In this document: positions 48,023 through 58,155 of the stretch, in pieces
Position numbering within the stretch: position 1 is the first letter of the stretch
Layout of the letters: each line of letters begins with the position of its first letter
From: Microcoleus sp.
GTDB lineage: Bacteria > Cyanobacteriota > Cyanobacteriia > Cyanobacteriales > Microcoleaceae
Direction: 5' to 3'
Assembly: GCA_052279835.1 (NCBI GenBank)
Contig: CP181291.1
Location: 224,001-288,000 of the forward strand
DNA: 64,000 nucleotides
Made by a program: the position numbers and the translations under genes
Notes under the pieces: model-generated
Told to the model about the DNA's origin: nothing
The model's database searches: none
Seen by the model: only the letters and a program-made list of their open reading frames with translations

Positions 48023-48100
48023 TTCGTCCTCCTGACTATATAATACTACTTCTGCTTACTACTGCTTATAATCTTATTAAAGTTTTACAATACAAAAACT

Positions 48101-49765
48101 GTGTGGATTCAAACATCTAAAATGCCCAATTGCAAATGGTTTAGCTCAATTTCTAGCGCTGCGATCGCAGCGTTGTGCCTGTGGCCGCTCCCTAGCACTC
48201 CCGCCACGGCCCAAAGCCCCCAAAATCGAGAAATCAAAATCGGTGTCGTGCAACGGTTTGGCACCAAAGCAACCGATAAGTTGACCCTGAAAGCTATACC
48301 TGGTGATAGTTTAACTGTAAGTTACAAAACTCCTCAAGGCATAAAAACCGCCAAGGTTCCTAGCATCAAGCTAGAAATTGCCGCCAAACCGCTGGAAACA
48401 CCAGCAGTAGAAGAACGAGTTGTACTGAGTTCCCACCGCAGTTTTGAAAGTGCGGAAGATAGTGCTAATCAATGGCGAGCTAAGGGAATAGAAGTCGAAA
48501 TTGCTCAACCTTTGCGGTGGCAAGTTTGGGCAAAAAGAGATAATTACAACTCTCCTTTAGTGCGACGTTTATTATTGCAAAGTTTGCAGGAGCAAGGGAA
48601 TAAAACAGCTTTTTTGGATAGCAAAGTTTTGCCCACAATCCCCCAGGCATTTTGGGTGTTAAACGGTTTTCGTTTTAACCGCAATGAGTTAGATGTGACG
48701 GCGGGTAAAAATGTGATTGAGGTTCTGGAACAGACTACTCAAGAGGCCACAGCTACTGAAAAAGAAAAAGCTATTCAACAAACTCGCCTTTATGGTGGGA
48801 GTTTGCACCTACAGAAAAATGCTTATGGCACTTATACTTTGGTCAATGAAGTGCCGACAGAAACTTATTTACGGGGAGTAGTGCCGCACGAAATTGGTGC
48901 TTTTTCGCCCTATGCTTCCCAGGAAGCACAGGCTATTTTGGCGAGAACTTATGCCCTGAGAAATTTGCGCCGTTTTGCGATCGATAATTACGAGTTGTGT
49001 GCTGATGTTAACTGCCAAGTGTATAAGGGTTTGACGGAGGTTTTTCCGCAAACGGATAAGGCGATCGCCAAAACTAGCGGTTTGGTTCTGACTTATCGTC
49101 AGGAGTTGGTTGATGCCCTTTATTCCGCTTCTAGTGGCGGCGTTACTGCGCTTTTTGGGGATGTGTGGCACGGCTCGGAACGCCCTTATTTGCGCTCCAT
49201 AGTTGATGCGCCTCAGAATATTTGGGATTTGTCGAAGCAGAGTTTGTCTGATGAAAACAATTTTCGCCGCTTTATGAGTTTGAATAAGGGGTTTAATGAG
49301 GAAAAACAAGATACTTTTCGCTGGCGCGAAGAAGCTTCCTTAACATCAATTGCTGGGTTTCTCAAACAGTATCTTCAGAAAAAACAGCATCCTTTGGCGA
49401 ATTTTAAAACTATTAGTCAGGTACTGGTGGTGCAAAGGTCTCTCGGTGGTCGAGTTTTGAAAATGAAGGTAGAAACTGACTTGGGGACAATCGATATTGA
49501 TAAAGACGAAATTCGCAATGCTTTTTTCCCTCCCATCAGCACTTTGTTTTACCTAGATCCGATTTACAATCCAGACAAAACCCTCAATGGCTATGCTTTT
49601 GTCGGAGGTGGCTTCGGACATGGGGTGGGAATGAGTCAAACGGGTTCTTACAATTTGGCTAATTTGGGCTGGAGTAGCGATCGCATTCTCAGCTTTTATT
49701 TTCCAGGCGCTCAAGTTGTCCCGCTGAATGATGGGATTACATTTTGGCGACCTGAGAATCCATAG
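48101..49765 (+). CDS. SpoIID/LytB domain protein; likely start is the ATG at 48122
   Basis: Signal peptide, LVNEVP.E.YLRGVVPHE, AQAILARTYA, CQVYKG, GGGFGHGVGMSQ.G. Confidence 0.9.
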   Translation: MWIQTSKMPNCKWFSSISSAAIAALCLWPLPSTPATAQSPQNREIKIGVVQRFGTKATDKLTLKAIPGDSLTVSYKTPQGIKTAKVPSIKLEIAAKPLETPAVEERVVLSSHRSFESAEDSANQWRAKGIEVEIAQPLRWQVWAKRDNYNSPLVRRLLLQSLQEQGNKTAFLDSKVLPTIPQAFWVLNGFRFNRNELDVTAGKNVIEVLEQTTQEATATEKEKAIQQTRLYGGSLHLQKNAYGTYTLVNEVPTETYLRGVVPHEIGAFSPYASQEAQAILARTYALRNLRRFAIDNYELCADVNCQVYKGLTEVFPQTDKAIAKTSGLVLTYRQELVDALYSASSGGVTALFGDVWHGSERPYLRSIVDAPQNIWDLSKQSLSDENNFRRFMSLNKGFNEEKQDTFRWREEASLTSIAGFLKQYLQKKQHPLANFKTISQVLVVQRSLGGRVLKMKVETDLGTIDIDKDEIRNAFFPPISTLFYLDPIYNPDKTLNGYAFVGGGFGHGVGMSQTGSYNLANLGWSSDRILSFYFPGAQVVPLNDGITFWRPENP

Positions 49766-49841
49766 GCATCAACAATAATTAGTGTAGAACAAGTATCCAA
49801 CCTATTCTTAAAAAGCTTTTTCCCAGATGTCTAACATATAT

Positions 49842-49870
49842 TTAGGGACATGGCAGTGCCATGTCCCTAA
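49842..49870. repeat. REP-like perfect palindrome / possible terminator between convergent genes
   Basis: TTAGGGACATGGCA-G-TGCCATGTCCCTAA. Confidence 0.7.
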
Positions 49871-49952
49871 CTGACCAGATTTCAGTCTAGCCATCAGCTC
49901 AAACAACTATTGATTAATAGCTTGGAGTGACAGCCGAAGGCTGAGGCTGTTT

Positions 49953-50252
49953 TTAGTACAGCGATTCTTCTTTGTGAGTTTCGATGGTGCAATCAGACTT
50001 AGGATAGGCGACGCAGGTGAGGACAAATCCAGCCTCAATTTGGTCATCATCCAAGAAAGATTGGTCTGATTGATCGACTTCCCCTTTGGTGATTTTGCCG
50101 GCACAGGTGGAACAAGCACCAGCGCGACAAGAGTACGGGAGGTCTAGTCCTGCTTCTTCGGCAGCGTCGAGAATGTAAGTATCCTCGTCAACTTCAATGG
50201 TTTGGTTAATTCCTTCAGCTTCGCTGACGAGGGTAACTTTGTAAGTTGCCAT
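49953..50252 (-). CDS. petF: Plant-type [2Fe-2S] ferredoxin
   Basis: [44 protein letters not shown]. Confidence 0.97.
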   Translation of the reverse strand: MATYKVTLVSEAEGINQTIEVDEDTYILDAAEEAGLDLPYSCRAGACSTCAGKITKGEVDQSDQSFLDDDQIEAGFVLTCVAYPKSDCTIETHKEESLY

Positions 50253-50625
50253 GCACTAATCCTCTCAAAAATTCAACAAGATATATAAGCTTTCCTAATG
50301 GAAACTTCAAAGCTCTATTAGCTCTGAGGTTTGCTCTTAGGTTGGTTCTCTCTCTGATAGTAGGGGAAATAAGGGAGGTTGCAACACTCATTTACAAAAA
50401 ATTTGAATGGGATTAGTTATAATTTTTTCTAATTTCATCTTGATTACTTATACCTGCTGTAGTTTCTCGGCATGAGGAGGAAATGTATAGTTGAATGGCA
50501 TCAAGATTTGGGTCGAAAATCCCGCGATCGCGTTTTTGCACCAATTCAGGATTTGGGCGATCGAGCTATAAAGCTTTGTGACGCTTGTTTTGAGCAATTT
50601 TTGAAAATGTGACATCTAAAATTCT

Positions 50626-51639
50626 ATGACTAATATTGATACTCGATCGCCTTTTTCGGTCAATGCTCCAATTAGGGTGGGGATTGTGGGCACTGGTTTT
50701 GCTGCTAAGTTGAGAGCCGAGATGTTGCAAACTGACGCAAGAGTTGACTTAGTGACAGTGGCGGGTCACACCCCCGACAAGACGGAAGCATTTTGTGAAG
50801 CCTTCGGCGCGGAGGCGGCGGTTTCTTGGCGCAAGTTAGTGGAAAGGAACGATTTGGATTTGGTGATTGTGTGTACGGTGAATCGGGATCACGGGGCGAT
50901 CGCGATCGCGGCCTTGGAAAACGAAAAGCACGTTGTGGTGGAATATCCTCTATCTTTAGATATATCTGAGGGAGAAAGGGCGATCGAGCTAGCCACCCAA
51001 AAGCAAAAACTCCTGCACATCGAACACATAGAATTATTAGGTGGCTTACACCAAGCCATCAAAACATCTTTGCCCTTAATTGGCAAAGTTTTTTACACCC
51101 GCTACGTTACTATTACAGCTCAACGTTCAGTACCTAAGCGTTGGACTTATCAACATTCGCTATTTGGGTTCCCATTAATTGGTGCAATTTCGCGACTACA
51201 TCGATTTACCGATTTGTTTGGAGAAGTGACAAGCGTGAACTGTCAAACTCAATTTTGGGACACTCAGCCAGATTTTTATAAAGCTTGTTTGTGTAACGCC
51301 CAGTTACGCTTTGCGAATGGAGTTTTTGCGGAAGCTGTTTATGGAAAAGGCGAAACTTTTTCGCAGTCGGAAAACGTTTTTACAATTTACGGAGAAGAGG
51401 GAACGCTGGTTTTTACTCCCGAATCCGGTCAATTAATTCAGGGCGAAAATAGACAAACAATAGAAGTTGGAACGCGGCGCGGTTTGTTTGCTAAGGATAC
51501 AGATATGGTGTTGGAATACTTGTTAAATGGTACGCCTTTGTATGTGAATAATGCTAGTAGTTTGTATGCTTTGAAGGTGGCAGATGCGGCAAGGCGATCG
51601 AGCGAAACCAGGCAAAATATAGCACTAACGAGTGCGTAA
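50626..51639 (+). CDS. bvdR: Gfo/Idh/MocA oxidoreductase, probable biliverdin reductase
   Basis: GIVGTGFAA Rossmann motif, HVVVEYPL, LHIEHIELLGG. Confidence 0.78.
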   Translation: MTNIDTRSPFSVNAPIRVGIVGTGFAAKLRAEMLQTDARVDLVTVAGHTPDKTEAFCEAFGAEAAVSWRKLVERNDLDLVIVCTVNRDHGAIAIAALENEKHVVVEYPLSLDISEGERAIELATQKQKLLHIEHIELLGGLHQAIKTSLPLIGKVFYTRYVTITAQRSVPKRWTYQHSLFGFPLIGAISRLHRFTDLFGEVTSVNCQTQFWDTQPDFYKACLCNAQLRFANGVFAEAVYGKGETFSQSENVFTIYGEEGTLVFTPESGQLIQGENRQTIEVGTRRGLFAKDTDMVLEYLLNGTPLYVNNASSLYALKVADAARRSSETRQNIALTSA

Positions 51640-51696
51640 GTCCCGGAATATCTCGATCCGGTTTTACTGGGTATTTGCATAAGATATTGGGACAAG

Positions 51697-52839
51697 TCAG
51701 GTAAAAATTCTGCTCAACAAATCCGCAATCTGTTGATGGATATTGGTTTGGTGAAAACGCCGACTAGCCATCTCGTAGGCAGATTGCGCGATCGCGATCG
51801 TATACTCAGGCTGGTTGTAACACATATTAATAACCTCCGCAAGTTGTTGTGGCTTGCTGGGAGGAACTAAAAAGCCATTGAGCCCCGGTTCGATTAACTC
51901 AATAGCACCTCCAGATTGAGCAGCAACTATCGGTGTACCAGACAGCATAGCCTCCACAATCACTCGGCCAAAAGGTTCGGGTGCGATCGAGGTATGTGCC
52001 ACTAAATCGCAAATTGCCATTAACTGCGGAATATCTGAACGAAATCCTAAAAACTTAACTCGATCTTCAAGTCCTAATTCTGCCACTTGTTTGTGCAATT
52101 GCTGGACATATTCGTCCTCGCCAAAGAGCGCATCACCCACTAAAATAGCTGTGACATCTTTTGGACAATAGGTAAGAGCTTCAATTAAAATATGTTGACC
52201 TTTCCAAGGTGACAATCGGCTGAAATGACCTACGATAAATTGCCCGTCAAGTTCTAGCTGTGTTTTGAGTTGGTTAATTTGAGAGCGATCGCTCTGATAG
52301 ACTTCAGGCTCAAAGCCATTGTAGACGACATCAATGATGTCCGATCGCCCTCCTGCTGCTAAGAAAGCAGCCTGACTGGCTTGGGAATTAGCAATCACCA
52401 ATGATGCAAAGCGATTCGCCAAAGTTACAGCTACTTTTAAGTTAGTTCGACTGAAATGGTCTGTAGATAAAATGTCATGCAAATGATAGACTAAAGGGCG
52501 ACGACTGAAAAAGCTAGCTAATGCACCAACAACTAGAGCTTTTTGCGTGTTGGCGTAGATCAAATCGTATTGACGAGCTTTTTGAACAACTTTAGCAATC
52601 AAAGGCAGTAGCGCAGTTACACTACTTAAACTCTGTATCAAGCTGCTTTCTTTACGAACTTTAATCGCTTCTGTCGCTAACACCTCAACAGGAATTTGTT
52701 GTTGCTCTAGTAATTGCCTAAAAGCACCATCTACAAATAAGCCAACTAGACAGCTATCCCGATAAGGTTTGGCAATATCTATGAGACAAAGTTCAGCACC
52801 ACCGGGCTTTCCGCTCTGGTCAAGAAATAGTATTTTCAT
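51697..52839 (-). CDS. GT4 glycosyltransferase
   Basis: GGAE, HLHD, NSQAS, RLSPWKGQH, EPFGRVIVEAM. Confidence 0.92.
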   Translation of the reverse strand: MKILFLDQSGKPGGAELCLIDIAKPYRDSCLVGLFVDGAFRQLLEQQQIPVEVLATEAIKVRKESSLIQSLSSVTALLPLIAKVVQKARQYDLIYANTQKALVVGALASFFSRRPLVYHLHDILSTDHFSRTNLKVAVTLANRFASLVIANSQASQAAFLAAGGRSDIIDVVYNGFEPEVYQSDRSQINQLKTQLELDGQFIVGHFSRLSPWKGQHILIEALTYCPKDVTAILVGDALFGEDEYVQQLHKQVAELGLEDRVKFLGFRSDIPQLMAICDLVAHTSIAPEPFGRVIVEAMLSGTPIVAAQSGGAIELIEPGLNGFLVPPSKPQQLAEVINMCYNQPEYTIAIAQSAYEMASRRFHQTNIHQQIADLLSRIFT

Positions 52840-52840
52840 A

Positions 52841-52940
52841 TCAAAATCCGTTAACCTCGAAACTACTCATCTCTCTATTCTCTTCCTCTGTGTCCTCTGC
52901 GCTCTCTGTGGTTAAATCATTCCGGTGCAGCCGGATTTGA
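52841..52940. mobile_element. MITE-like element (family C) abutting the GT start codon
   Basis: Termini TCAAAATCCG / CGGATTTGA flanked by TA; right part GGTTAAATCATTCCG..CCGGA.TTGATAT recurs at about 11901-11933. Confidence 0.6.
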
Positions 52941-52995
52941 TATCATCCGTTTTTTTTTATAATAATTTTCCCATATATTCTAATTATTTTTAACC

Positions 52996-54159
52996 TCATG
53001 ATAACAACACTTTTCTAACTTTTTGCGCAATTTTTTGCCAATCAAAATTCAGAGAAGCATATTCATGACACGCTTCTCTAGAAGGCATCGGGACTTTTTT
53101 CAGTAACAGTTGTTCTAATCTATCAGCAATCGCTGTTGCTTCTATAGATGTAGTAATCAAATTGGGTGAAAACGGCTCTAAAATTTCCGGCATTCCACCG
53201 ACTGGAGTACATAGCGCTGGAGTGCCACAGGCGAGAGATTCTAGCACTGCTAATCCAAATCCTTCTAAAGATTGGCTCGGCATCACACTTAGATCCGCTG
53301 CTTGGTAAGCTATAGGCAATTGATCGTCTGGCAAAAAGCCGAGAAATTTAACGTTGTCATTGAGTCCCAAATCTGTTACTTGTTGCTGAAGATCTGCTTG
53401 TAATGGCCCTTTTCCGGCGATCGCCAACCAGATATCAGGAATTTGAGGTTTAATGGCGGCTACAGCCATCAACAGCTTATCGAGTCCCATTCGATGCACT
53501 AAGCGACGCGCTGTAAATAAAATCGGGCGATTTTGGGGCCAGTAGATCTGCGTGCGGGCTTCTGGGCGCGATCGGTCAATTTGAAATCGCGACAAATCTA
53601 CACCGCCCGGAATTACGTGAATTTTGCTCCACGGAACTTGATATTCTTGATGTAAAATATCACCAAATGCTTTGCTGAGGACAATAAAGCGATCGCACCG
53701 ATGATAAACTCTTTCTTCAACCCAATGCTTCAAAAAAACGCTTAGTTTACCAGCACCCTCCTGTTTACTTTCCAAAGCCCAAGGCCCGTGAAAGGAAAAA
53801 GTAACAGGAACTCCCCTAGGTAAAACCTGCAAAAGCGGAAAACTATATAGTGCGAAATGCAGATTAATCGCATCGGGTGTTGCAAATTTTCGCTTTATAA
53901 AATTGGAGCGAATCAACCAAAGCCGTTCCCATAGTCGAATATCTGGTTGTGCTAAATTAGTTAGTTTTAGGCCTGAGTTTAACTGATTTTCGGGTAGACC
54001 AATTCCACACAATTCAACTCGATCTTGACTGGCTGCTAGTTGATGCGTGAGCTCATATACATATCGATCCAGACCTCCCGGTGTTTTCGGAAACCATCCG
54101 ATGCCGACGCAAAGAATGTTTGCTGCTGTAGCAGCAGAATTACTGGTAGAGTTGTCCAT
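52996..54159 (-). CDS. GT4 glycosyltransferase (HepB-like)
   Basis: GWFP..PGGLDRY, FHGPWALES, RRLVHRMG, EGFGL..LESLACGTP. Confidence 0.9.
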   Translation of the reverse strand: MDNSTSNSAATAANILCVGIGWFPKTPGGLDRYVYELTHQLAASQDRVELCGIGLPENQLNSGLKLTNLAQPDIRLWERLWLIRSNFIKRKFATPDAINLHFALYSFPLLQVLPRGVPVTFSFHGPWALESKQEGAGKLSVFLKHWVEERVYHRCDRFIVLSKAFGDILHQEYQVPWSKIHVIPGGVDLSRFQIDRSRPEARTQIYWPQNRPILFTARRLVHRMGLDKLLMAVAAIKPQIPDIWLAIAGKGPLQADLQQQVTDLGLNDNVKFLGFLPDDQLPIAYQAADLSVMPSQSLEGFGLAVLESLACGTPALCTPVGGMPEILEPFSPNLITTSIEATAIADRLEQLLLKKVPMPSREACHEYASLNFDWQKIAQKVRKVLLS

Positions 54160-54237
54160 TTGGTTATTGGCAATGATAGGTTAAATTTACAATAACTGAG
54201 ACATCCCGATTATAGCTGTATATTACTCAGTCAGATT

Positions 54238-56475
54238 ATGAAGAATCGATTCCTGTTGCTAGTAAACAAATTATGGCAAAAACAGCGGTTATTCATCCAA
54301 AAACTGAATAACTCCCTGGATTATTTTAAGCCGATCGAGAACGATCGCCAATATCGGAGGATGAGTTTCCGTTCCCAGGCGATCGCAGGAGTCATCATCT
54401 CTACTTTAACCGCAATGTCTGTAACAGCACTGTCTGTAACTTCAAACCCTTTACCCAATATCTCCTACAGAACATCTTGGATCGGTAACACCTTTGGCGG
54501 TGGCAGTAAGTGGGTACAAAATCAAATCAGTGCCATGTACGTGGCAAGCGATGGCACTGTTTATACCAATAGCGTTTGGGATGAAGCGGGTAGAGAGGCA
54601 GGAATTTATAAAGATGGAGATGCGATCGGCTTTGCTAGTAATCTTCATGGATGGGAAAGAACAGGAGGAGAAGCAGTCACGGCAAATAGTAAATACCTTT
54701 ATATCGCCATGGCACAGGGGGCAATAGACATGATGCTCCCTCAAGATTATCCCCCCTCTAAAACAGAGTGGTATTGTGTGAGGCGCTACAACTTATCGGG
54801 AGAGCCTGCTCCCTTTGCAGGTGGGCGTGGTTATGATAAAAGTATGTTAATTGTTAGCACCTCCGGTCAAGTAACTGGATTAGCTAATGCTGGTAGCGAG
54901 CTTTATGTTAGCGATCGCAGCACCAATCGCATCCGCGTCTATGATAGCGAAACTATGAAAGAATTGCGGAGTTGGTCGATCGATCGCCCCAAACAAATAG
55001 CTGTAGATCCTCAAAGTAACCTATGGATTCTGCAAGCGAAAGATGCTACCAATCCTCCCAAGATTCTGCACTATTCCAAGACAGGAACCTTATTATCCCA
55101 GAAAATTACCGATGTTGTAGACCCTACAGCCGTAGCGATCGACCCTCAAGGTAGGCTATTAGTCACAGAAAACGGCCCCCGCCAACAAGTGCTGATTTAC
55201 GATATCTCAGGAACCCCTAAGTTAATAGGGACTTTTGGCACTCAAGGGGGCATTTATTCTGGCACTAAAGGAGAAGTTGGAGAACTTAAACTCAAAGGTT
55301 TAACAGGAGTGGGTACGGATCGAGCCGGGAATATCTACGTTAGCAATGATGGTTTTGGCGGTTCAGGAACCGACTTGAGAAAATTCTCGCCTATTGGAAA
55401 AATGCAGTGGCAATTATTGGGTTTGCAATTCGTCGATAATGCGGATGCCGATTCCGGTATAGATGGACTGGATGTGTTCACCAAACACGAACATTTCATG
55501 ATGGACTATAGTAAATCGAATGGACAGGAATGGACTTACAAAAGCTATACCGTCGATAAATTCCGCTACCCTGACGATCCGCGACTGCACAACGAAAACC
55601 ATTCGGCGGCTTCAGTTTTTGTCCGTCGAATTAAAGATCGACGTTTCTTATATCTCACAGGAATGTATGCCCATCAGTTAAGTGTCTACCGTTTTGATGG
55701 AGAAATTGCCGTTCCCAGCGCGATCTTTGCCAGAGATCATTCTACCTGGCCAACCAATCAACCAGCGACGGGAAGCTGGTTGTGGTATGACAAAAACGGA
55801 GATGGCTCAATTCAAAGCAATGAATATGAAAGTTTAGGTGCAGAAGATGATTCGATTTGGGGTTGGGAAGTTGATAGCAACGGGGATGTTTGGCAAGCAT
55901 CTGAGTCTGGGACGATCTGGCATTATCCTGTTCAAGGATTAGATAGCTATGGCACTCCCATCTACAATGCTGCCACTTCCGAAAAAACACCGATGCCAGC
56001 ACCTTTTAAGAGCTTAACCAGGATTAAATATTTCCCCGAAACCGATACCATGTATCTAACAGGTTATACCAATGAGCGTCAGCATACTGGCAAAGAATGG
56101 GGCATCGTAGGCACGGAGATTGTACGCTATGATAATTGGAGCAAAAGTGGGAATATTCGCTGGCGTTTAGCTCTTCCCTATCAGCCTTCAGATAACCCTG
56201 ACCCTGGCGCCAAGTCTTTTACAGTTATTAAGGCGATCGACATAGCAGGTGACAGAATTTTTGCCGTTAGTTCTCAAACAGCCGAGGTGTATGTTTTCGA
56301 TACAGCAACGGGAAGCTCGATCGATCGGTTAAAACCGGGTATCGAGGTAGGAGGTGAAAGCGGTTGGGTAGATATCCCCTATGGATTAAGAGCTTTTCAG
56401 AGAAGCAATGGTGAGTATTTGGTATTTGTAGAAGAAGATGCCAAAGCCAAAGTGATTCTGTATCGAGTCAGATAA
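54238..56475 (+). CDS. Exported NHL-like beta-propeller protein; start may be the ATG at 54361
   Basis: Hydrophobic signal-like segment, repeats LYVSD..NRIRVYD, IAVDPQ.NLWI, AIDPQGRLLV.E, D.AGNIYVS; DKNGDG Ca-binding-like loop. Confidence 0.7.
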   Translation: MKNRFLLLVNKLWQKQRLFIQKLNNSLDYFKPIENDRQYRRMSFRSQAIAGVIISTLTAMSVTALSVTSNPLPNISYRTSWIGNTFGGGSKWVQNQISAMYVASDGTVYTNSVWDEAGREAGIYKDGDAIGFASNLHGWERTGGEAVTANSKYLYIAMAQGAIDMMLPQDYPPSKTEWYCVRRYNLSGEPAPFAGGRGYDKSMLIVSTSGQVTGLANAGSELYVSDRSTNRIRVYDSETMKELRSWSIDRPKQIAVDPQSNLWILQAKDATNPPKILHYSKTGTLLSQKITDVVDPTAVAIDPQGRLLVTENGPRQQVLIYDISGTPKLIGTFGTQGGIYSGTKGEVGELKLKGLTGVGTDRAGNIYVSNDGFGGSGTDLRKFSPIGKMQWQLLGLQFVDNADADSGIDGLDVFTKHEHFMMDYSKSNGQEWTYKSYTVDKFRYPDDPRLHNENHSAASVFVRRIKDRRFLYLTGMYAHQLSVYRFDGEIAVPSAIFARDHSTWPTNQPATGSWLWYDKNGDGSIQSNEYESLGAEDDSIWGWEVDSNGDVWQASESGTIWHYPVQGLDSYGTPIYNAATSEKTPMPAPFKSLTRIKYFPETDTMYLTGYTNERQHTGKEWGIVGTEIVRYDNWSKSGNIRWRLALPYQPSDNPDPGAKSFTVIKAIDIAGDRIFAVSSQTAEVYVFDTATGSSIDRLKPGIEVGGESGWVDIPYGLRAFQRSNGEYLVFVEEDAKAKVILYRVR

Positions 56476-56487
56476 AGAGAATGAACC

Positions 56488-56589
56488 AGTTTCCGGACGC
56501 ATCAAACTAAAGCAACCGCATTTTTTACCGATGTTCGAGGTTGCAATCCAATATTTTCGTAAAAAAAACCGGTTACTGCGTCCGGGACT
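56488..56589. mobile_element. MITE-like element related to family B
   Basis: Termini AGTTTCCGGACGCA / TGCGTCCGGGACT; internal AACCGC.TTTTTTACCGA...AAAAAAACCGGTT similar to 30241-30308. Confidence 0.55.
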
Positions 56590-56665
56590 ATAAACGATCG
56601 CGCAATCTTACAAAATTTCAGTACAGAAAACACCCTAATTTCACATTAACTCAAACTGGAAAACT

Positions 56666-57856
56666 TTATTTGGTTTCCATACCGGAACATTCACAATACA
56701 ACTTTTCCGTCTTCTCAACCATCAATTCTCGATCGAATGCCACGGAGGCAAACTCTAAACAGTGTTTGTTCATTTGCAAGCGAAAATCCTTGTTTGCAAG
56801 CTTTTGGATGGCTTTTGATAAAGCCTCTGGATCGTCAAAGGGAACGATATAACCTGTTTTTCCATCTTCAATCTGATCCCGAGCTCCTCCGCCTTCTGTC
56901 CGAATGGTAACTGTTCCGCAACTCATCGCTTCGGCCACTACCAGAGGACAGCCTTCTGAGCGACTCGGTAGCACAAAAATGTCTGAGGCCCAATACACTT
57001 CCCGCAGCTCGTCCACATACCCCAAAAAGATAAAGGAACGCGAATCATCATCACTAACAAAGGCATATTCTTTAATCTCCTGCTCCTGATGGCCGCCACC
57101 TACAAATAAACACTTCAAAGGCATTTCAGGAACAGCATTTCTCGCTTGTCTAACGGCATCAATCAAAAGATCGTGACCCTTATTCCAATTGAGTCTGCCT
57201 ACCAGAGAACATACCAGGTCTTTTTCTTCTAATCCAAACTTTTTGCGTGCATTTTCTCGCTCTTCTGGACTGGGAGGACGAAAATATTTCGTATCGATCC
57301 CATTTACAATTTTGCGGACTTTACTTTTGTCAAAACTCAAATCTTTTATCAAAAATCTTTCAATATCTGAAGAGATGGCAATAAATACTTTTGGGGCAAA
57401 TAGCTTCAAAAATATGAAGTATTTTGTGGTTTGCGGTCGCAATACGGCATCTTTAAGTAGGGTCGGGTCTTCACCGTGTACTGATGGATGAAATGTAGCA
57501 ACACAATCTATGCCAGTGAGGATTTTGAGGATGCGGCCCAGAAGCAACATCCCGTATCCGTGTGCGTGAAATAGGGAAATATCGTATTTTTTTACGAGTT
57601 CCAAGATCCGAGTAATATTACCCCAACTGGGAAAAAGAGGTTTCAGATCTTCAAAAATTATCCACTCTTCTGATAAGTCTTTGAGTGCTTGAAAGCGGCT
57701 GACAAAACCTGCATTATAATTCACAGGTCCCGTAATCAGAATTACCTTCCACCCAAGCGCTTTTAAACCGCGAATCATAGTCTCGCAATGGGAGGCAACC
57801 CCATCATTACAATCGACACGCTTTAATAGAAAACCTACTGTTTTTTGTTTTTCCAT
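56666..57856 (-). CDS. GT4 glycosyltransferase
   Basis: HAHG, AIS, NGID..YF, GRLNWNKG, DIFVLPSRSEGCPLVVAEAM. Confidence 0.92.
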   Translation of the reverse strand: MEKQKTVGFLLKRVDCNDGVASHCETMIRGLKALGWKVILITGPVNYNAGFVSRFQALKDLSEEWIIFEDLKPLFPSWGNITRILELVKKYDISLFHAHGYGMLLLGRILKILTGIDCVATFHPSVHGEDPTLLKDAVLRPQTTKYFIFLKLFAPKVFIAISSDIERFLIKDLSFDKSKVRKIVNGIDTKYFRPPSPEERENARKKFGLEEKDLVCSLVGRLNWNKGHDLLIDAVRQARNAVPEMPLKCLFVGGGHQEQEIKEYAFVSDDDSRSFIFLGYVDELREVYWASDIFVLPSRSEGCPLVVAEAMSCGTVTIRTEGGGARDQIEDGKTGYIVPFDDPEALSKAIQKLANKDFRLQMNKHCLEFASVAFDRELMVEKTEKLYCECSGMETK

Positions 57857-58155
57857 TTTCTGTTCTTGACCTCATAAAGTGTTACTTCGGAGAATTTTTT
57901 TTGATTGATTACTGGTGGTTTTTTCAAAAATTTTACAATCGTTAATTATAAATATTACCACAACTAAGAATCAAACACAAGGTTTTTTTAAATAAATTTG
58001 TGGAATCGTTTTTTTTTGACAAGTTAGATTTTTTTGCGGTAAAAATTAGTTCGTGAATGTAACTCATATTATTTTTTTCACTTAAATTAAAAAATATCTA
58101 CATTTTTTTAATTTTTATCTAAAATTTGTTGGTCTTGAAACTTAAAAATTTTATC

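Noticed and set aside
44889..48095. Composite transposon carrying srxA-dps
   Set aside because: The flanking elements belong to different families with different chemistry (HUH versus serine recombinase) and share no ends
56541..56852. 103-aa + strand ORF
   Set aside because: Begins inside a MITE and overlaps the GT4 gene in antisense
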